Below, one piece after another: positions 56,101-64,000 of a stretch of DNA of 64,000 nt; positions within the stretch are counted from its first letter, which is position 1, and every line of letters begins with the position of its first letter. Under the pieces are notes generated by a model. The model searched no databases. It was not told the origin of the DNA and saw only the letters and a list, made by a program, of their open reading frames with translations. Origin of the DNA: Lama guanicoe (taxonomy: Eukaryota). The DNA lies in NCBI GenBank assembly GCA_013239625.1, contig MU054163.1:1-64000 (forward strand), read 5' to 3'. The translations under genes and the position numbers were made by a program.

Positions 56101-57310
56101 AAATGGTCAGAAGATCTGGATACCTCACCAAAAAAGATATTCAGATGACAAATGTCATGTGGCAAGATGTTCAGCATCATATGCCACTAGGGAAATGCAA
56201 AGTTTTAGAAATTTATTATTATTTTTTAAATTGAAGTACAGTCAGTGACAATGGGTCAACTTTAGGTGGACAGCACAATGTCTCAGTCATGCATATACAT
56301 ACATTTATTTGTTTTCATATTCTTTTTCATTAAATGTTATTACAACACATTGAATATAGTTCCCTGTGCTATACAGAAGAAACTTGGGTTTTAAAACATA
56401 TTTTTATATACAGTGGCTAACATTTGCAAATCTCAAACTGGGAAATGCAGGTTAAAACAGCAGGACACCACTACACACCTATTGGAATGCCTAGGACCCA
56501 GAACACAGACAGCACCATATGCAGACAAGGATATGGAGCAACAGGACCTCCTTCGCTGCCGGAAGGAATGTAAAATGGTACAGCCACTGTGAAAGACAGC
56601 TTGGAGGTTTCTAACAAAGCTGATGTAGGCTTACCAGGCAATCCAGCAACTGCACTCTTAGACATTGACCCAAATGAGCTGAAACTTGTGTGCACATGAA
56701 ACCCTGGGCATGGCTGTCTGTGGCAGCTTTAGTCATAACTGCTAAAATTCGGTGATAGATGTTCTTGTTCTTCAGTAGGTGAATGGACAAGCAAACTCTG
56801 GTGCTTCCGTACAGTGATGATCAGCGAGAAGAGGAAACGGGCCATCAAGCCATGAAAAGACACCAAAGAACCTTAAATGCACACTGCTCAGCGGATGAAG
56901 TCAGTCTGACAAGGCTACGTCCTGTGTGACTCCAGCCCCATGGCACTCTGGAAAGGGCAGGCAGCAAACAGACCCATGGTACCAGGGCTGGGGGAGGGAG
57001 GGTTGACCAGGAGGCGCATAGGGCGTTTTACAGCAGTGAAGCTGCTCTGTGTGATTCCGTAATGCTGGACACGGGACATTACGCACCTGTCCAAACGCAC
57101 AGAAGGGATGACACCAAGAGAGAACCCTAATGTAAACTACGGATTTAGCTAATACTAATGTACCAACACTGGTTCCTCGACTGTCACAAATGCACCACGC
57201 TAACGCATGGTGTCAGCAGCAGGGGAACCTTGGAGGGTGGGGGTGTGGAAGCTCTCTGTACTTGCGGGAGATGTTTCCGTACACCTAAAACTGCTCTAAA
57301 AAAATAAAGG
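51570..57310 (+). mobile_element. Long decayed older LINE-1 (ORF1 end, ORF2, 3' UTR) with nested inserts
   Basis: Colinear L1 motifs (TTCTCAGACCACAGTGGAAT, GGCCCAGACGGGCTCACTGGTGAATTCT, TGCAAGGCTGGTTTAA, TGTAAAATGGTACAGCCAC). A nested antisense L1 tail at ~56205-56439 has a GGGAAATGCA TSD. An MLT piece lies at ~52215-52340. Confidence 0.85.
53103..53196 (+). repeat. Poly(A)72 followed by (GAAA)n
   Basis: Uninterrupted A run at 53103-53174. Confidence 0.95.
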
Positions 57311-57462
57311 CTACTTGAAAAAGAAAACATACAGAGGCGCTCTCTCTCTTGCCTTCTGAGACGGCCTGCACTCTGTCTATGGAGTGTGTGTCTACCTTTA
57401 CTTGAACCACCACACCCCCCTCCATGTACATCTCTCTAAATAAATCCACTTTTATCCAAAAA

Positions 57463-59100
57463 GACATATAGATAAGCAACAAGGACCTACTATACAGCAC
57501 AGGGAACTATATTCATATCTTCTAATAACCTATAATGAAGAAGAATCTGAAAAAGTATATATATGGATATATATATATAACCGAATTGCTGTGCTGCACA
57601 CCAGAAACCAGCACAACCTTGTAAATCAGCTGCCTTTCAACTGAAAAAACCCACAGTGTAATACCACGTCACACCCTGTAGGATGTCTGTAACAAATAAA
57701 ACCAATGGACAATAACAAGTGTTGGTGGGAATGGAACATGGCGCAGCCACTTTGGGAACCAGCCTGGCAGCCCCTCAAAATGGTAAACATGGTGCTACCA
57801 TACGACCCAGTACTTAGCTCTGAGCTTTCTATCTGCTCAAGGGAAATGGAGACGTGACATCCACACAAAAACTTCTACACAAATATGCACAGCAGTATTG
57901 TTCAGAGGAGCCCCAAACAACCCAAATGTCAGTGCATGAGTGGGTAAACAAAATGTGGTTTATCCACATGGTTCAATGGCTGGAATATTATTCAGCCACA
58001 AAAAGGCACGAAGCACTGATACGTTTACAATATGGATGAACCCTGAAAACTACGCTCAGTGAAAGAAGTCAGACCCACAGGGACAAATACTGTTCAGTTC
58101 CGTCCAGAAGACATGTCCACAGAGAGAAGGTGGACCAGAGGGCTGGAGCCCGGGAGGAAGGGGAGTGGGGTGACTGCTAACAGAAGGGGCTTCTTTTTGG
58201 AGCAATGGAATGCTCCAGAATCGACTGTGGTGATGCAAACAGGGTAAGCTTGCACAAAGGAGCATCAAATCACACGCTTTAAATGGGTGGGTTGGGTGGA
58301 TTTGATGGAATGTAAGTTCTGTCTCATGAAAGGTGTTTTAAAAACATTAATTCCAGTTTGGGACTCTGAGAGGGAATCTTGTAAGCAGCTGTCATTTGGT
58401 GCACACACAAGTGCTGGGCGAGCCTGGCTGTCTGTGCACGTGATCCCCACAGCCCTGTGGGACTGGGCAGTCAGCTCAGTGGCTGTGATGGACCCTGCTG
58501 TGGCTTAAACCAGACAGTCTGGGCCTGAGCAGTGGCAGGGCTCGCAGGGCGGCTCGGAGGGGTCAGGGACCCAGCTCCCACCGTTGGGGCTGCTCCCCAT
58601 CCTGTAGTTGGCCTGGGTGACCAGGTCACCACCAGCCGTGGAAGAGGGAAAAGCCGGGGCTAGGGGATTGCCCCCTTCCCTCCAAGGTCAGGGCCAGGAT
58701 TTGCACGTATCACTTCACTTACTCTCTGGGCCAGAGCTTATTCAAGGTGCCACCCTCAGCTGTAGGGGACTTTGGGTCCTGTGTCCAGCCTAAATTCCAT
58801 CACCAAAGACTTCTCCCAGGACGTCATGGTTCCAACCCTACCAGTCCTCGCAACTGTAAGTGTACTCCAGGGACCAGCATGGCTCAAGTCAGGAAGCAGA
58901 TCCCGGGGCCAGGGGCTCGGGGAGAGGGGAGTGAGTGTTCACTGGGGACAGGGTGTCAGTCTGGGAAGTCGGACGAGTCCTGGAGGTGATGGTGTGATGG
59001 CTGCTCAACCACGTGAGTGAGCTTAGTGTCCCTGAACTGTGAACCTAGACATGGTTAAGACGGTCAATTTTACATTTTGTATATTTTGCCACAGTTAAAG
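57463..59100 (+). mobile_element. L1 3'-end fragments of several ages
   Basis: AGCACAGGGAACTATATTCA tail motif, GGAATATTATTCAGCCACAAAAAGG, and ATGGTTAAGA..AATTTTA..TTGTATATTTT.CCACA. Confidence 0.65.
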
Positions 59101-60439
59101 AGAATAAGACAAAGAAAGTCTTGTATCGTAATCTCATCAATGATTAGCTCAAGCGTTCTCCTCAGACAGCCCGGAAACCAGGCCTCTGTCTAGCCAGGAA
59201 GGCTGCCAGCAGGACCTTGAGAAAAGCAGCCCCGCCTTGGAAGGACAGGGCCCGTAAAGTTTTATGGGGCTTATCAGCCGCCGACCTTTGCTACCTTTGG
59301 AGATCAGGGGTTGCTGGGTGCCCGCCCTGTGCCCAGCTTCCTCCAGAACTTGGGCTGCTAAGAACGCTGAAGTCCCCTCAAGGCTGAACTAAGTTTCGTC
59401 TTGCTGGCAGCTGGTGGGTGGCCTCCCACCAGCCTAGGACGTCCAGACCTTGGCCACAGCGCCGCCTGTGAGGAGGGCAGGCAGCCCGATCCCTGCTGGC
59501 CCCCCAAGTCCTGCTGGTCTCTGCCTGAGGGGGGTCTTGCTCCTGGGGCCACCTGTGGGCGAGGCTTAGTGAAGGGTCATGGGTGGGGTTCTCCTTCAAA
59601 AGGTGGCCTGGACCCCCAGCTTCAGGGGACAGCCCCCACCTTACTGCCTCATCAGATGGATAAGAGGGTCCCCACCCACCTCTGCAGGAGGCTCAGGGCC
59701 AGGAAGACAGGAGGGCTAGCAGGAGCCAGGTGGCAGCTGAGACGCAGCTGCACTCAGCTCTTCTTTCCGGGGGTGGGGTGCGGGTGGGGGTGGGGAGGGC
59801 TGATGGTCCCTGCTGTCTTGCAGGGCAGGGCTCTCCCCTGGCTGCTGAGGCCGTGGGTGGGGACTAGACTCAGGGAAGCAGCTGGGGCGTTGCTGCTGCA
59901 CTTGGGAGCCCCTCTCAGGGTGGCCCCTGTCACAGACAAGTGAGGGGCCTTTGTCCCAGACCTTGTGCTCCAGGAGGCCAAAGCCCCACCCCTGCGCGTA
60001 GATTACTCTGGGCCTGTTGCCGGCAGGACCACCCCGCCTGGCACGCCCACCTGTGAGCCTCCTCCTCTCCCGGGACAAGACCCACAGCGCAGCTCTTGTG
60101 TGTGCGCACAGAAGGTGGATGCCATACACCCCTCCCTCCCACCTGTGTTCAAATGTCACCCCACAGAGGCACCCGCCTGCCTAAGACAGCCTCCCTTCAC
60201 TCTCCACCTCTCATCCATGACCTGGTCTCCAGAAGCTTCCCAGTCTGGGGGTCTGGGGGTCCAGTGCATAGCCTAACTCCTGGTTCTGCAATGCGCTGGC
60301 CACTGTGTGACCCCAGACAAGCTCCTGACCTCCCTGGGCCCACGTGTCTTCATCTGCTTCATCCGGACTTCCTAGGATTGTGAGCTGAAAGGGAGGGGAT
60401 ACCAGTAAAAATCGTCTACAGCACTTAAAACAGTGCCTG

Positions 60440-61592
60440 GATGGAGCTGGATTCCTAGCTCACGCCACATACAAAAACTAACTCAAAATGAAACTAAGAC
60501 CTCAGCTTAAGAGCTAAAACTATAAAAGTCAAGAAGAAGCGTAGCAGGAAATCTTCATGATCTTGGATTTGGCAGTGAATTCTTAGATATGACGCCAAAA
60601 GCATGAGCAGCAAAAGGAACAAAAAAAATTTGACTTCATCGAAAGCAAAGACTTTTGTGCATCAAAGGACACCATCAAGAGAGTGTAAAGACAACCCACA
60701 GAGTGGGAGGGAGAAAATATTTGCAAGTCACACAACTGATGAGGGATTAATACCCAGGATGTATGAAGAACTTCTATGGCCCCAAAATAAAACTCAAAAA
60801 TTCCAATTAAAAAATGGGCAAGAATTTGAACAGACATTTATCCAGAGAAGATGTACAAATGAGAAGATGCCCCAAATCATTAGTCTTTGGAAAACGTGAT
60901 TGAAAACCACAGTGAGACACCACTTCACATCCACTAGGATGACTTGTTGCTGAAAAAAAGAAAATGGGAAAAACCCAAAGTGTTGGTGAGGATGTGAAAA
61001 AGTTGGAATTCTTGTGCACTGCTGGTGGGGAAGGGAAAAGCACAGCTACTGTGAGAAAGAGTTTGGTGGTTTCTCAGTACACTCAGAAGAACTGAAACAG
61101 GGGCTCGAACCAATTCTCGTCCTCGAACATTCATAACAGCATTATTATGGAGCCAAAAGGTGGAAACAACCCAAGTGTCCATGAATAGATGAACAGGTAA
61201 AACAAAATGTGGTACGTACAATGGAATAGTATCCAGCCACAAAAGAATGAAATTGTGACGCACGCTACAAGGATGAACCTTGAAAACATGCGAAGTGAAA
61301 TGAGCCAGATGCAAAAGGACAAATACTATGTGATTCCACTGATACGAAATAGATAGAACAGGCCAGTTCATAGAGACAAGAAGCAGATTAGAGAAGTTAC
61401 CAGGGACCAGGGGAGAGGGGAGGTGGGGTTTCTTGCTCAGTGGATGCAGGGGCGTCCTGGGGTGAGGAAAGGGTTGAGGAATAGTGGGGCTGTTGAACAA
61501 TGTTGTGACTGTAATTAATGCCACTGAATCGTACACTTCAAAATGGTTAAAGTGAAACATCTCATGTTATTGATACTTTACCACAATAAGAA
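60440..61592 (+). mobile_element. LINE-1 3' portion (L1MB-like)
   Basis: End of ORF2 and 3' UTR motifs, ending AAATGGTTAA...TTTACCACAAT. Confidence 0.85.
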
Positions 61593-62559
61593 AGTGCCTG
61601 CCCCACAGCGTGGCTGCCCTCCTGGGATGGCAGAGCAGCACCTGAAGACGTGGTGCTGAGTAACAGGAGAGGAGTCTCCTGCCTCGAAGGCGCTCACACC
61701 CTGTTGGGGAGGCAGAAAAGAAACAGGATAAGTCAATAAACTACACATGAATTAAGCAGCGCCAAGGACAGAGCAGAACAGAGAGAGGAGACAGGAAGTG
61801 GGTGCACAGGTGGACCTGGGGACAGCAGTCAGGGAAGGCAGTGTGTAAGTGAGGAGGAGCATGTGGCTCCCAGGGGGACAGCTGTGCTGAGGTCTGGCAG
61901 GAGCCGGCCTGTACAGGACCCAGGAGACCGCGGTGGCTGTGAGGGTGTGAGAGGAGGTCTCAGCCCTGCTGCCAGAGGAAGTTGCTGAGACCAAGGGGAG
62001 TGGTTGGGCTCGACAGGGTCCCAGGAGGGAGGGGATCACATTCTGCATATTTGTGGAAGAAGGGTTCAATACAGCTGATAGATTGGGTGGGAAAGGATTG
62101 AGGCAAGGTGGGGATAGAGATGGAGAGCCCCCCCCCAGCAGCCCCCAGGTGGCCCCCACCACCCTACCCTGCCCGGCCCCCCCCATTCCAGGTCACTCCC
62201 CCTTGATTCTGCCCGCCAGGACCTCCAAGCCATGAATCCGACAAACTTCCACTGTCCCTGGCCCCTTGCGTCCCCCTGCACATGCGCCACAGAAGCTGCT
62301 GTGGTCACTAGGAACACCCTGGGCCTTCTCTCGCTCCGTGGTTCTCACTTGGGAAAAAATCTAACTGACCCTGTCAGACCTGTGCCACTGAGCTCGGCTG
62401 GAGACAGACTCTGGACAGACTCACTATGCACCCACCAGCCTCGAAGGCTGGACCCTCACTGCCCCCAGCTCCTGAGCCCACGTCCTGCTCTGCATCCATA
62501 GTCCTCAGCCCGCGCCCACCACGGGGGTCCTGTGGTGCTTTGGGCCCCACTCTCTCCCT

Positions 62560-64000
62560 GCGCCTTTTCATGCACCTGTTGGCGTTCTGTATGTCTTCTT
62601 TGGGAAAACCTGTATTCAGAGCCTCTGCCCATTTTTAACTGGAGTTTTTTTCCACTATTGAGTTATATGAGTTCTTCATATATTTTGGATGTTAATCCTT
62701 TATCTGATACATGATTTACAAATATTCTCTTCCGTGCAGTAGGCTGCCTTTTCACTTGTTGATGGTTTCCTCTGCTGTGCAGAGCTTTCTAGTTTGCTGC
62801 AGTCCCACTTGTTTATTTTTGCTTTTGCTGCCATTGCTTTTGGTGTCAAATCCAAAACAATCATCATCATGACTGATGTGCAGGAACTTGCTGTAGCCTA
62901 TGTTCTCTTCTAGGGGTTTTATGGCTTCGGGTCTTACATTCATGTTTTCAATTCATTCTGAGTTAATTTTTGTGAATGGTGTAGGATGGTGGTCCCATTT
63001 CATTCTCTTGCCTATAGCTGTCTATTTTTCTCAACACCATTTATTGAAGAACTGTCCTTTCTCCATTGCATATTCCTTGCTCTTTTGCCATAAAGTAATT
63101 GACCATATATGTGTGGGTTTATTTCTGGGCTCTCTATTCTGTTTCACTGAAAATAGAATAGATTACTCTAGCTTTGTAATATAGTTTAAAATCTGAAGGC
63201 AGTGATGCCTCCAGCTTTGTTCTTTTTCAAAATTGCTTTGGCTATTCAAGGTCTTTGGTGGTTGCATACGAATTTTAGGATAGTTTGTTCTATTTCTGTG
63301 AAAAATGCCGTTGGAAATTTGATAGGGATTGCACTGAATCTGTAGATTGCTTTGGGTAGTATCGGCATTTTAACAAAATTACTTCTCCCTGCCCATGAGC
63401 ATGGACTATCTTTCCACTTACTTGTGTCCTCTTTAATTTTCTTTCATCACTGTTTCATATTTTTCAGTGTACAGATCTTTCAATTCTTTGGTTAAATTTA
63501 TTCCTAGGTATTTTATTCTTTTTGATGCAATTGTAAATGGATTTTTTTCCTTTGTTTCTTTTTCTGGTAATTCATTATAAAGTATATAGAAATGCAGCAG
63601 ATTTTTGTATATTGACTTTGTATGCTACAGCTCTACTGAGCTGGCTCATCACTTCTAACGGTTCTGGGGGCATCTTCAGTGTCTCCCTGTATCATATCGT
63701 CGTGTCTGCAGATAGTGACTGTTCTACTCCTTCCTTTGTCACTTGCATGCCTTTGATTTCTTTTTCTCGCCCAATTGTTCTGGCTGGTGCTTCCAATACA
63801 ACACTGAATAAAAGTGGCAAGAGTGGGCATCCTTGTCTTGTCCCTGATCTTGGACAGAAGCTTTTAGCTCTTCACAGCTGAGTGTGCTGTTGGCTGTGGG
63901 CTTGTCATATATGGCCTTTATTATGTTGAGTGTACGCTATCTATACATAATTTGTTAAGAGTGTTTATCATGAAGGGATGCTGAATTTTGTCAAATGCCT
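62560..64000 (-). mobile_element. LINE-1 ORF2 portion, runs off the window end
   Basis: Antisense ORF2 motifs, including TGCAGATAGTGAC/CGTGTCTGCA (RT F-A-D-D region) and GGGCATCCTTGTCTTGTCCCTGATCTT. Confidence 0.9.

Overview
Mammalian genomic DNA, almost certainly a camelid (it carries a Vic-1-type tRNA-derived SINE). It is the locus syntenic to human 11p15.5, shown in reverse orientation. Four intact multi-exon genes were reconstructed by hand with canonical GT-AG boundaries: an interferon-inducible IFITM2/3-type gene (-, 146 aa, ISRE promoter), IFITM5/BRIL (+, 134 aa), PGGHG/ATHL1 (-, 691 aa) and NLRP6 (-, ~883 aa). The ~23 kb between the two IFITM genes is mostly nested class I ERV LTRs, a decayed ERV pol, ERV internal sequence and L1s. 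The region upstream of NLRP6 is mostly L1/MaLR. I see no clearly new biological system. The most interesting observations are: a MER41-like LTR with STAT-like motifs ~0.3 kb upstream of the IFITM ISRE (four full copies in the window); loss of the ancestral NLRP6 ATG (now GTG) with a compensating ATG in exon 2; a tailless 28S rRNA fragment; a perfect 161-bp duplication upstream of PGGHG; and an LTR fragment that looks like an L1-made retrocopy. Repeat family names and cross-species comparisons come from memory and have not been verified by search. Repeat boundaries are approximate unless a TSD is quoted.
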